From contig MFNV01000009.1 of assembly GCA_001782165.1 (NCBI GenBank), positions 1-54,122 on the forward strand: a stretch of 54,122 nucleotides of DNA, read 5' to 3'. The notes below the pieces were generated by a model. That model did no database searches. It saw nothing but the letters and a program-made list of their open reading frames with translations, and was not told the origin of the DNA. The DNA comes from Candidatus Levybacteria bacterium RIFCSPHIGHO2_01_FULL_41_15 (GTDB lineage: Bacteria > Patescibacteriota > Microgenomatia > Levybacterales > UBA12049). Below are positions 46,296 through 54,122 of this stretch, in pieces. Numbering within the stretch: position 1 is the stretch's first letter; every line of letters starts with the position of its first letter. A program made the translations under genes and the position numbers.

Positions 46296-46354
46296 AGTTT
46301 GGGATTTTGAATTTGGGGATTTGTTTAGAATTTAGAAATTAAGAATTAGAAATT
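46296..46354. repeat. right half of a heptamer-period element (inverted relative to 44970-45027)
   Basis: agtttgggattttgaatttggggatttgtttagaatttagaaattaagaattagaaatt. Confidence 0.75.
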
Positions 46355-48729
46355 GCAACTGTTAATTGGGGATTGTTAACTGTTAATTGCAATTTATCTC
46401 CTCTTCTTATTTCATCCTTTAAGATTTTTTGGGCGATAAGATCTTCAATATTATCCTCTATGTATCTTCTTATCGGTCTTGCTCCATACTGCCGGTCAAA
46501 TCCTTCTTTAATTACCTTTTCAATTACTAAGTTATCAAAAGAAGCCGAAATATCCTGTTCTTTAAGCTTATTTGAAAGTTCCGAAAGAAGAATTTCCGTA
46601 ACCTTTCTTACCTCATCCTCCGAAAGAGGCTTAAACACAATTATCCCATCGAACCTATTTAAAAGTTCAGGTTTGAAGGTTCCCTTTTTTTGAAGAAGTT
46701 CCAAAAGATTCTTTTGAAATTTATTATCAACTGGTGTCCCTTTTTCTACTTCCTCGCGGATAAATTCAGATCCTGCATTTGAGGTTGCAATTACTATCGA
46801 ATCGATAAATGAAACTGTTTTTCCCTTGTTGTCTGTAAGTCTTCCGTCTTCTAAGACCTGGAGGAAAAGATTCAAGATATTAGGATCTGCCTTCTCAAAC
46901 TCATCAAGAAGTACCAGAGAAAAAGGGTTATCTTTTATCTTATCCGTAAGCTCCCCAGGCGTTTCAGTCTCACCAGGAAGAGATCCCAAAAGCCTTTTTA
47001 AGGATCCCTGATTTGAGTATTCGCTCATATCAAGCCTTATCATTTTGTTTTCTCCCCCAAAGTAAAGCCGGGCCAAGACCTTTGCTGTTTCGGTTTTACC
47101 CACTCCCGTTGGACCCAGGAATAAAAATGAGATGGGTCTTTCTTCCGTCGTCAAACCTGCCCTAAGTCTTCTCATGGCTTCTGAAATTTGTGATACTGCC
47201 TCTTTTTGATCAATTACTCTTTGGTGTATTTTATCCTCAAGGTTTAAAAGAAGCTGTTTTTCTTTCCCACTGGGTTTGCCCACTGCTATGTTTGTTTTCT
47301 CTTCAACTTTAGCAATAACATCTTTCTCCTCAACAACTTTTCTGCCCGATAAAACTACAGCGGCCGTGGTATCAGATAAAAGCACGGCAGCTGAACCGGG
47401 AAGAACTTTATCCGGCAGGTATTTTTTGGCAAATTTCAAAGACGCTACTATAGATTTATAAGAAAGAGACGTTTTACTTTTCTCTTCAATCTCATCTGAT
47501 TTTCTAAAAAGCATATTTAAAGCTGTATTGGAATCAGGCTCATCCACCCTTATGATCTCGAAGTTTTCGGCAAAAGTTTTTCTTGTTTCAACAAATTTTT
47601 TATAAGCTTGAGGACTAATAGTACAGATAATCCTTATTGCACCTTTCTCAATATAAGGGGTGAGGACTCCTGAAAGATCAAGCTGAAACGAAGAAGAACC
47701 AAGAATATTTTCAACTGAAGGAATAAAAATAATAATATTTCCTGAATGAGAAACCTCTGCGATTAAAGAGTCTATCCTCGCCTCCAAAGCACCTATATTC
47801 TCCGTCCCGGCAAGAAGAGCATCAACGAGAAGCTGGTAAAATTTCTGATGGTAAAGATTACCCTTTAGGTCACCGATTAAGCTGTAAAAGGAGAGTGCGC
47901 TTGCAATTTCTCTTCTTCCTGATCCTTCTTCTCCTACAAGAAGGGCACTTTTTCCTTTATACATTGCCTCCAAAAGCTGTCGGAACTCTTCCTCCCTTCC
48001 TAAGATTGTTGGTTTTTTTCTAAGGATTTCCCCTGTTAAATCCAGCATGTATTTCCTAGCTTCTATAGTCCAGCCTGTGACCCAATCTTCTGCAATCCCT
48101 AAACCCGGGAATTCTATTCTGAAAGGCTTAGGGTTTTCCTCTTTAGAAAATCTTGCCCTAGTCCATAATAAAATTTGCATAAACTCTTCTTTCTTAAGCC
48201 CTTTATTAAACAAAAGTTTTGTCGCACTTTCGGAAAGAAGCAGATACGATGCAAAAAGATCGGCTGTTGTTATGAATTTTCCGTTAAGTTTTTTGACCGT
48301 TTCAAAAGCAGTTTTGACGATTTGATCTTTGGAAATCTTTATATCTATTATCTCTTCAGGTTTTAATATGTCTGATTTTTCCATAATGAAATCCACAGCC
48401 TCCATCTTCACCATTTTTTTAATCAGCGTTTCTGAATCTTTACTTGTTTGAAAAAGGGCAAGGGCAGGAAGAGTAAATGAATCAAAAATATTTTTGCCCT
48501 GCCTGCCGGCAGGCAGGCCGTCATTTTTTGAAACCTCAAGTTTAGGTGAAATTTTTGAAATCTTGAACCTTAGGAAAACTTCAAAAATCAAAAGAAGTGA
48601 TAAAAAAAATACAAACAGACTGCTCTCCTCTGAGATAATCAGGAAAAATAAAAGAAGGAACACAAAAAGTCTTAAGACTTTCGCTATGGGAAAGTTAAGA
48701 AAAGAAAAAATTCTTGCGTAATCTTTCAT
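46339..48729 (-). CDS. membrane-anchored Clp/Hsp100 ATPase with degenerate first nucleotide-binding domain
   Basis: Two N-terminal TMs; NBD1 Walker A GEEGSGRR and Walker B IFIPSV; intact NBD2 GPTGVGKT and LLDEFEK. Confidence 0.9.
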   Translation of the reverse strand: MKDYARIFSFLNFPIAKVLRLFVFLLLFFLIISEESSLFVFFLSLLLIFEVFLRFKISKISPKLEVSKNDGLPAGRQGKNIFDSFTLPALALFQTSKDSETLIKKMVKMEAVDFIMEKSDILKPEEIIDIKISKDQIVKTAFETVKKLNGKFITTADLFASYLLLSESATKLLFNKGLKKEEFMQILLWTRARFSKEENPKPFRIEFPGLGIAEDWVTGWTIEARKYMLDLTGEILRKKPTILGREEEFRQLLEAMYKGKSALLVGEEGSGRREIASALSFYSLIGDLKGNLYHQKFYQLLVDALLAGTENIGALEARIDSLIAEVSHSGNIIIFIPSVENILGSSSFQLDLSGVLTPYIEKGAIRIICTISPQAYKKFVETRKTFAENFEIIRVDEPDSNTALNMLFRKSDEIEEKSKTSLSYKSIVASLKFAKKYLPDKVLPGSAAVLLSDTTAAVVLSGRKVVEEKDVIAKVEEKTNIAVGKPSGKEKQLLLNLEDKIHQRVIDQKEAVSQISEAMRRLRAGLTTEERPISFLFLGPTGVGKTETAKVLARLYFGGENKMIRLDMSEYSNQGSLKRLLGSLPGETETPGELTDKIKDNPFSLVLLDEFEKADPNILNLFLQVLEDGRLTDNKGKTVSFIDSIVIATSNAGSEFIREEVEKGTPVDNKFQKNLLELLQKKGTFKPELLNRFDGIIVFKPLSEDEVRKVTEILLSELSNKLKEQDISASFDNLVIEKVIKEGFDRQYGARPIRRYIEDNIEDLIAQKILKDEIRRGDKLQLTVNNPQLTVAISNS
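48498..48517. repeat. perfect 20-bp palindrome inserted in frame
   Basis: cctgcctgccggcaggcagg, within the peptide GLPAGRQG. Confidence 0.9.
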
Positions 48730-49052
48730 AAAAAAAGAATCAGAACAGTACCCACAGGCCAGAAAAGAAACGTTATGAAGAATAAGATTTCAAAAATAAG
48801 AATCAAAAAGAATATGAGAAGTTCGGCGCTTATAACAAAAGTCTTGATAAAAATTCCCATGGCGATGGAAAATGCAACCAATCCTTTCCTGTATTCGTTT
48901 TTCCATGGCTTAAAATAAGTTTTTATTAAAAGAGGAAGTGACAAAAGTTGAAGCGTTGAATTGTTTAGCGAAGAAAAAAATCTTATGAGTCCTATCGGCG
49001 CTTCCAAATACCAAAATTTTAAAAAAATTATGGGTATCGATAAGTAAAACAT
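48726..49052 (-). CDS. small membrane protein translationally coupled to the Clp ATPase
   Basis: 108 aa, hydrophobic, KTYFKPWK motif, ATGA overlap with the next gene. Confidence 0.85.
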   Translation of the reverse strand: MFYLSIPIIFLKFWYLEAPIGLIRFFSSLNNSTLQLLSLPLLIKTYFKPWKNEYRKGLVAFSIAMGIFIKTFVISAELLIFFLILIFEILFFITFLFWPVGTVLILFL

Positions 49053-49096
49053 TTTATTATCTTCTTTAGTGTAGGAACTTTTGAACTAAATATCAA

Positions 49097-50800
49097 TTAA
49101 TTACTTGGGGTACAAATTAATTGGCATTGCTGAATAACTTTTTGTGCAGGCGGACAATTTGGATCGACGACACAATTATATGTTTTAATTGGCGTTGGGG
49201 TGGGCGTTGGGCTTGATCCTCCCGAACCTCCGCCTGTTGGCGTAGGCGTTGATTGAGCAGGAGTAGTTGGAGTTGGTGTTACACCAGGTGGTAAAGTAGG
49301 TGTAGGTGTTGGCACTCCAGGTGGTAGAGTAGGGGTTGGGGCACCCGGCGGCGCACCACTTGAGCAAGCTTGTAACGCTTTAAAGACATTTAGTCTTGGA
49401 CCAATCGGTTTATCTGTCGAGATAGGGTCTGCGCTTGCAACTAAACAATCACTGACTTGTTGTGGAGTAAGGTTTGGATAAAGAAATAAAACAAGAGCCG
49501 CTGCACCTGCAACATGAGGCGAAGCCATACTTGTCCCTTGATAATTATAACTGTATCCTCCTCCAGGGACGGTCGAAATGATACAACTTGATACGGTACA
49601 CACCCCACCTGATATTTTTTTATCTCCACCGGGTGCCGCTAACTCAACGACAGAGCCATGATTTGAATAATAAGCCCTTTGGTCATTTGGTCCTGTTGCT
49701 GCCACGGTAACCACTCCACTGCAAGAGGCTGGTGAAAAGCCAGAAGCATCTGCATTACTATTCCCTGCCGCAACTACCACAACTACCCCTTTACTCAATG
49801 CATAATTAATTGCATCTTGATATAAAAAATCGCAGGATCTTGCTCCTCCAAGGCTCATGTTTATGACACGCGCTCCGTTGTCTACCGCGTACCTTATTCC
49901 TTGCACTATCCCACTACTTGGTCCACTCCCACCACTACCCAAAACCTTTACAGCCATAAGTTTTAAATCCCAATTAATTCCACTAACACCTATCTTGTTA
50001 TTAGCTAATGCTCCGATTGTTCCCGCAACATGAGTACCATGACCTTTATCATCTCTTGGATCATCTGAGCCACTAATAAAATTTTTGCCTTTTATTATAT
50101 CGTCTGGTAAATCTTGATGGGTATAGTCAATTCCTGTATCTATCACTGCTGCAGTTACGCTTTTACTTCCCTTTGCTGCATCCCATGCATCACTCATTTG
50201 AATTTTTTGAAGCCCCCACATTTGAGGATAATATAGATCATCTGGAGTAGTTGCGAATATTTCATCAATAAAGTTTGGTTGAGTACCCTCTATAAAGCCA
50301 TACTTCAAATACAGATTTTGGACAATTATAGCATCACTGCCTGATTTAAGTTTTAGTAGATAGTGTCTTCTTAGCATTGGGTCTTTTGAGTCTTTGAATA
50401 ATTTTTCTTTATATGTAACACCTGCCTGTTTGTCTAATTCTTGAAAGAGGGATAAATATTCCTGCGGTGTCATCTGTTTTTGAATATTATCCCGCCAAAA
50501 AATCTTAATCTTTCCACCAATACTTCTTTGTTTTTTTTCTCTTTCTCCTATAGCTTGTTCTAGTTCCCCAGGAGAAAAACCAGCTTTGTATTTTACAATT
50601 ACTTGGCCTGATACATAACTTGCCGGCTCGTAATATTTTGCTGTCCTTTCAGTGACAGCAAGCTTCTGTGGCTTTTTAAATATTGTTACAACTAGTAAAT
50701 AAGCAAAAAAAATTACCAATATCCCTAAAATGATATAAGCTATTTTTTTGGACTGGGAAAAACTTTTAAAACGGTTGAACAATTGCGTTAGTTTCGACAT
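49097..50800 (-). CDS. S8 subtilisin-like serine protease with TM anchor, prodomain, Pro/Thr linker and Cys-rich tail
   Basis: Catalytic motifs VIDTG, HGTHVAG and GTSMASPHVAG; oxyanion AAGN. Start approximate. Confidence 0.97.
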   Translation of the reverse strand: MSKLTQLFNRFKSFSQSKKIAYIILGILVIFFAYLLVVTIFKKPQKLAVTERTAKYYEPASYVSGQVIVKYKAGFSPGELEQAIGEREKKQRSIGGKIKIFWRDNIQKQMTPQEYLSLFQELDKQAGVTYKEKLFKDSKDPMLRRHYLLKLKSGSDAIIVQNLYLKYGFIEGTQPNFIDEIFATTPDDLYYPQMWGLQKIQMSDAWDAAKGSKSVTAAVIDTGIDYTHQDLPDDIIKGKNFISGSDDPRDDKGHGTHVAGTIGALANNKIGVSGINWDLKLMAVKVLGSGGSGPSSGIVQGIRYAVDNGARVINMSLGGARSCDFLYQDAINYALSKGVVVVVAAGNSNADASGFSPASCSGVVTVAATGPNDQRAYYSNHGSVVELAAPGGDKKISGGVCTVSSCIISTVPGGGYSYNYQGTSMASPHVAGAAALVLFLYPNLTPQQVSDCLVASADPISTDKPIGPRLNVFKALQACSSGAPPGAPTPTLPPGVPTPTPTLPPGVTPTPTTPAQSTPTPTGGGSGGSSPTPTPTPIKTYNCVVDPNCPPAQKVIQQCQLICTPSN

Positions 50801-51314
50801 TGTCAACTTCAGAAAGATTTTTTAAGATTGTGATTGCTTGTAATAAGTCACTCCCTGTTTTCAATTTTATTAAATAATAAGTCCTTAAATTGTTGTCTGT
50901 TGTGTCTTTATAAAGTTTTTCCTTAGACAGGACTCCAGCCTCTTTATCTGCTAATTCAATTTCTCTCAATTTAGTCTGGTCCTGTAATTCATCAGGTGAT
51001 TGACCAGGTTTGTATTTTATGATGAGTTGATCAGAAACATATGTGTCTTCGGGGGGGAGAGTGATTGTCGGAATAGATTTTGGTGATGGAGCTTGGATAG
51101 AAGGATTGGCCGCAGGGACAGGAGAAAATTTGGGAGTTTGTTTTATCTTTTTTGATTGTCTAAAAAATATAAAAGGAACGATGATAAAAAGAACTAAAAC
51201 TATTACTGCAAGGCCTGCTATAATTTTTTTTGTATTTAAAAAAACAACTATTCTATCAGATAGATTGGGTTTTGGGACTGGAAAGCCTTGCTGAATTTTA
51301 TTTTCTTCATCCAT
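50766..51314 (-). CDS. membrane-anchored stand-alone subtilase prodomain-like protein
   Basis: TM, Pro-rich linker, then YVSDQLIIKYK...VETNAIVQPF, paralogous to the neighbouring protease's prodomain. Confidence 0.85.
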   Translation of the reverse strand: MDEENKIQQGFPVPKPNLSDRIVVFLNTKKIIAGLAVIVLVLFIIVPFIFFRQSKKIKQTPKFSPVPAANPSIQAPSPKSIPTITLPPEDTYVSDQLIIKYKPGQSPDELQDQTKLREIELADKEAGVLSKEKLYKDTTDNNLRTYYLIKLKTGSDLLQAITILKNLSEVDNVETNAIVQPF

Positions 51315-51321
51315 AAATCAC

Positions 51322-53886
51322 TTAAGCCTTTGGGGACATTTGTGTACCATCGCTTCCCATTGTGAGCGGCGGGTTTGGAATTGAGTTTTGAGTTGGTGTT
51401 CCATTTATTAGCGGCTGGCTAGGAATTTGTTCTCCATCTGAATTTTGAGAACTCTGGACTTGGGGAGGAGCTTTTGAAAAAGTGAATTCTTCTTTTTGAC
51501 TATCATAATTTATCAAAATCTTGTCTCCTGCAACAAAAGTTTTGTTGATAATACGAATTGCAATTGGATTTTCGATTGCGCTTTGAATAAGGCGTCTTAA
51601 AGGTCTTGCTCCATAAACAGGATCATATCCTTCTTTTGCCAGTCTGTCCAATGCTTCTTTTGTTATATCCAGATCAAATCCTTGCTGATTTAAAAGTTTC
51701 TTTGTCGCGTTTATTCCTAACTTTGCGACTTCGGTCATATTCTTCTGAGACAGTGGCTCAAATATTACAACCTCGTCAAAACGGTTTAGGAGCTCGGGTT
51801 TGAAGAATTTTCGAAGCTCGGCGAACAAGATTTTTGAAAGTTCTTCAAATCTTTTAGCTTCTTCCTGCGGGGAAATTTCCTTACCTTGCCCCGCCGAGGC
51901 GGGGTCTTCTTTTTTATTTTGCTCAAGCTGCTGCTGAATCAAAACGCTTCCGATATTTGAAGTTGCAATTATAATAGTATTCTTAAAAGAAATTGTATTT
52001 CCCTTATTATCTGTAAGACGTCCGTCCTCAAGAAGCTGAAGTAGAATATTGAAAACATCAGGGTGGGCCTTTTCTATTTCATCCAAGAGAACAATTGAGT
52101 AAGGTTTTGTTCTAACTGCCTCCGTAAGCTGACCGCCCTCCTCATATCCTACATATCCAGGAGGAGCGCCGATAAGCTTTGCTACTTCATGTTTTTCCAT
52201 GTATTCACTCATGTCAAGTCTAGCCATTGCCTCTTCTTTTCCAAAAAGAAGCTCGGCCAGTGTTTTTGCAAGTTCTGTTTTTCCAACACCTGTTGGACCT
52301 AAGAAAATAAAAGATGCGATGGGCCTGTTTGCGCTGGATAGTCCGATTCTTCCTCGTCTTACAGCTTCTGCAACTGCGGCAACAGCATTTTCTTGATTTA
52401 TTAATTTCTTGTGAATAGTCTCTTCAAGGTGAAGCAATTTTTCACTTTCGTTTTCTGTAAGTTTTGTTATAGGAATTCCCGTCCAACCTGAAACAACTTT
52501 TTCTATATCGCTTTTGGAAACTGAGTTATCAGATCTTTTTCCTGCATTTAATTCAAGCCTTGCCTCTGCTGCTGCCTCATCCAAAAGATCTACTGCCTTA
52601 TCGGGCAAAAATCTTTCTCCTATATACCGCTTTGATAATCGGACAGATTCTTCAAGAGTTACATCGGGCAAAACTATTTTGTGAAAGTTCTCATACTTTG
52701 GTCTTAAAACCTTAAGCATCTCAACTGCGGTTTTTTCATCCGGCTCCGCAATCAGAACCGGCTGAAATCTTCTCTCAAATGCTTTATCCTTTTCAAAATA
52801 TTTTCTGTATTCAGTTGTAGTAGTCGTTCCAATTATCTGAAGCTGTCCACGTGCTAAAAATGGTTTTATTATATTTGAGGCATCCAAAGCTCCCTCTGTA
52901 TCTCCTGCTCCAATAAGCGTGTGGATTTCGTCTATAAAAAGAACTACTGTTCCGCTTGCCGCTTGTGTTTCTTTAATAACATTTCGCAGTCTTTCTTCAA
53001 ATTCTCCTCGGTGAGAGGCGCCAGCGACTAAAGATGACAAATCGAGCTGAATTATTCTTTTTGAAAGCAAATCCTTTGGAGCAGATCCTTCAACTATTTT
53101 CTGTGCAAGTCCTTCTACAACTGCCGTTTTCCCAACCCCTGCTTCTCCTATGATAACCGGGTTATTCTTGGTTCGCCTAAGTAAAATGTGAATTACTCTT
53201 TCTATTTCTGTATCTCGTCCTGCAACCGGGTCAAGTTCTCCATTTTTTGCCTGATCTGTTAAATCTACTCCATAACTTTCAAGAGCCGATTTTCTTCCCT
53301 TTACATAAGTCGAAGATTTGGAAAGTGTTTTCTCTAAATCTTCTTTTTTAATTCCTTCATTTTGAAGAATATTTGATGAAGTTGCTTGGGAGAATAGCGC
53401 GAGCAAAAGATCCTCGGGTGTTATAAACTCAACTCCTCTGCCTTTTACCATTGCGTAAGCTTCATCAAGAATTTTTTTGGTTGTATCGCTTAAAGTCTGC
53501 TCTCCAATAAAATTTCCCATCGTCTGCCTACCCTGAATTTCTTTAACTATTTTTGTTGGATCCTGGGAAAATTGGGAAATTAATTTAAAAATTTCTCCGT
53601 CATATAAAAGACCGGTCATTAGCTGATCTGGCTCTATTAAAGCTTGTTTAATTCTTTTTGCCTCCTGTTGTGCAAGATTTAAGACTTGAGTAGCTCTCGT
53701 ATCTAAATGGGATAAAACCGAAAGTCCCTGTCTGATACTTGGCTCCATAGGAGAAGGTGCGATGTTTACTGAAGGCTGGGAAACAACTGGATTCTGAGGG
53801 GTAAATGCTTGTGACGGCGGCTCTGGACCTTGATGCATTGGATTATCAGCTATATATTTTCTTGAACCGAATAAATTTCCGAACAT
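51322..53886 (-). CDS. ClpA/B/C-family ATPase with two intact NBDs and no extended middle domain
   Basis: Clp-N domain, [32 protein letters not shown] and GARPLRR motifs. Confidence 0.97.
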   Translation of the reverse strand: MFGNLFGSRKYIADNPMHQGPEPPSQAFTPQNPVVSQPSVNIAPSPMEPSIRQGLSVLSHLDTRATQVLNLAQQEAKRIKQALIEPDQLMTGLLYDGEIFKLISQFSQDPTKIVKEIQGRQTMGNFIGEQTLSDTTKKILDEAYAMVKGRGVEFITPEDLLLALFSQATSSNILQNEGIKKEDLEKTLSKSSTYVKGRKSALESYGVDLTDQAKNGELDPVAGRDTEIERVIHILLRRTKNNPVIIGEAGVGKTAVVEGLAQKIVEGSAPKDLLSKRIIQLDLSSLVAGASHRGEFEERLRNVIKETQAASGTVVLFIDEIHTLIGAGDTEGALDASNIIKPFLARGQLQIIGTTTTTEYRKYFEKDKAFERRFQPVLIAEPDEKTAVEMLKVLRPKYENFHKIVLPDVTLEESVRLSKRYIGERFLPDKAVDLLDEAAAEARLELNAGKRSDNSVSKSDIEKVVSGWTGIPITKLTENESEKLLHLEETIHKKLINQENAVAAVAEAVRRGRIGLSSANRPIASFIFLGPTGVGKTELAKTLAELLFGKEEAMARLDMSEYMEKHEVAKLIGAPPGYVGYEEGGQLTEAVRTKPYSIVLLDEIEKAHPDVFNILLQLLEDGRLTDNKGNTISFKNTIIIATSNIGSVLIQQQLEQNKKEDPASAGQGKEISPQEEAKRFEELSKILFAELRKFFKPELLNRFDEVVIFEPLSQKNMTEVAKLGINATKKLLNQQGFDLDITKEALDRLAKEGYDPVYGARPLRRLIQSAIENPIAIRIINKTFVAGDKILINYDSQKEEFTFSKAPPQVQSSQNSDGEQIPSQPLINGTPTQNSIPNPPLTMGSDGTQMSPKA
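51889..51904. repeat. small GC hairpin inside the Clp CDS
   Basis: ccccgcc-ga-ggcgggg, within the peptide DPASAGQGK. Confidence 0.7.
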
Positions 53887-53891
53887 ATTTT

Positions 53892-53966
53892 TTACTGTGA
53901 ACAGGTAAATGGATAGGTGGCTCCGACAACCGCAACAATAATTAAAATCAATGTTCTTTTATTCAT
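53892..53966 (-). pseudogene. 24-aa signal-peptide-like ORF or gene remnant
   Basis: MNKRTLILIIVAVVGATYPFTCSQ*; ends 5 nt before the Clp start. Confidence 0.3.
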
Positions 53967-54023
53967 ATACTATATACTCATGGTAGCATTTTATAACGCC
54001 TATAACAATTATCAAGGTCAGGT

Positions 54024-54122
54024 TTATTCATTAGTATTTATATCCTCTTTGGAAGAGGGCTTTGATTGATTCTCGGACTCCTCGATTTCTCTTTGTTCTT
54101 CAAGTTCCATTTCTTTGGGTTT
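54024..54122 (-). CDS. 3' end of an unidentified gene (truncated by the window)
   Basis: Open frame ...KPKEMELEEQREIEESENQSKPSSKEDINTNE*. Confidence 0.55.
   Translation of the reverse strand, partial: KPKEMELEEQREIEESENQSKPSSKEDINTNE

Noticed and set aside
49185-49350. Pro/Thr tandem repeats as a DNA element
   Set aside because: Ordinary low-complexity protein linker (PTPTLPPGV twice) with varied codons.
2128-52396. Numerous 60-140-aa ORFs antisense to or nested in tuf, fusA, rpoBC, alaS, ftsK, pnp, the Clp genes and others
   Set aside because: They overlap well-supported genes, have shadow-like composition and show no motifs.
1-54122. tRNA, rRNA, transposase or integrase genes
   Set aside because: No recognisable motifs, and intergenic gaps are short. 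Checked by eye only.

Overview
AT-rich bacterial chromosome segment using the standard code 11. Gene content and order point to Patescibacteria/CPR, probably Microgenomates (inference). The left part is a fragmented rpoB-rpoC-rpsL-rpsG-fusA-tuf-rpsJ cluster with accessory genes inserted after rpsG, fusA, tuf and rpsJ. The middle holds nth, yjbQ, DUF763, thpR, msrB, accessory hypotheticals, an FKBP, alaS, an FtsA-like/baseplate-J-like fusion, a sortase, an AMP-phosphorylase-like gene and mltG. The right part holds a RodZ-like gene, ftsK, rnj, an ATPase-only Lon, pnp, rpsO, a DHH-like gene, infB, nusA, and two Clp ATPases enclosing a subtilase and a stand-alone prodomain gene. Five signals are not explained by the gene list. 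(1) A TrpR-like gene is bracketed by two direct-repeat 28-bp palindromes with dif/Xer-like 11-6-11 geometry, and its promoter lies outside the repeats. (2) Diverged second copies of the last ~10 codons of rpsG and fusA (weakly also a Clp gene) lie just beyond inserted accessory genes, like integration scars. (3) GC-rich REP-like hairpins are inserted in frame in at least seven proteins. (4) Degenerate 7/8/9-bp-period inverted repeat elements occur between genes, and one is split around nusA. (5) Many promoters appear leaderless. No rRNA, tRNA, CRISPR array, transposase or integrase was seen. All calls come from reading the sequence; no searches were run.
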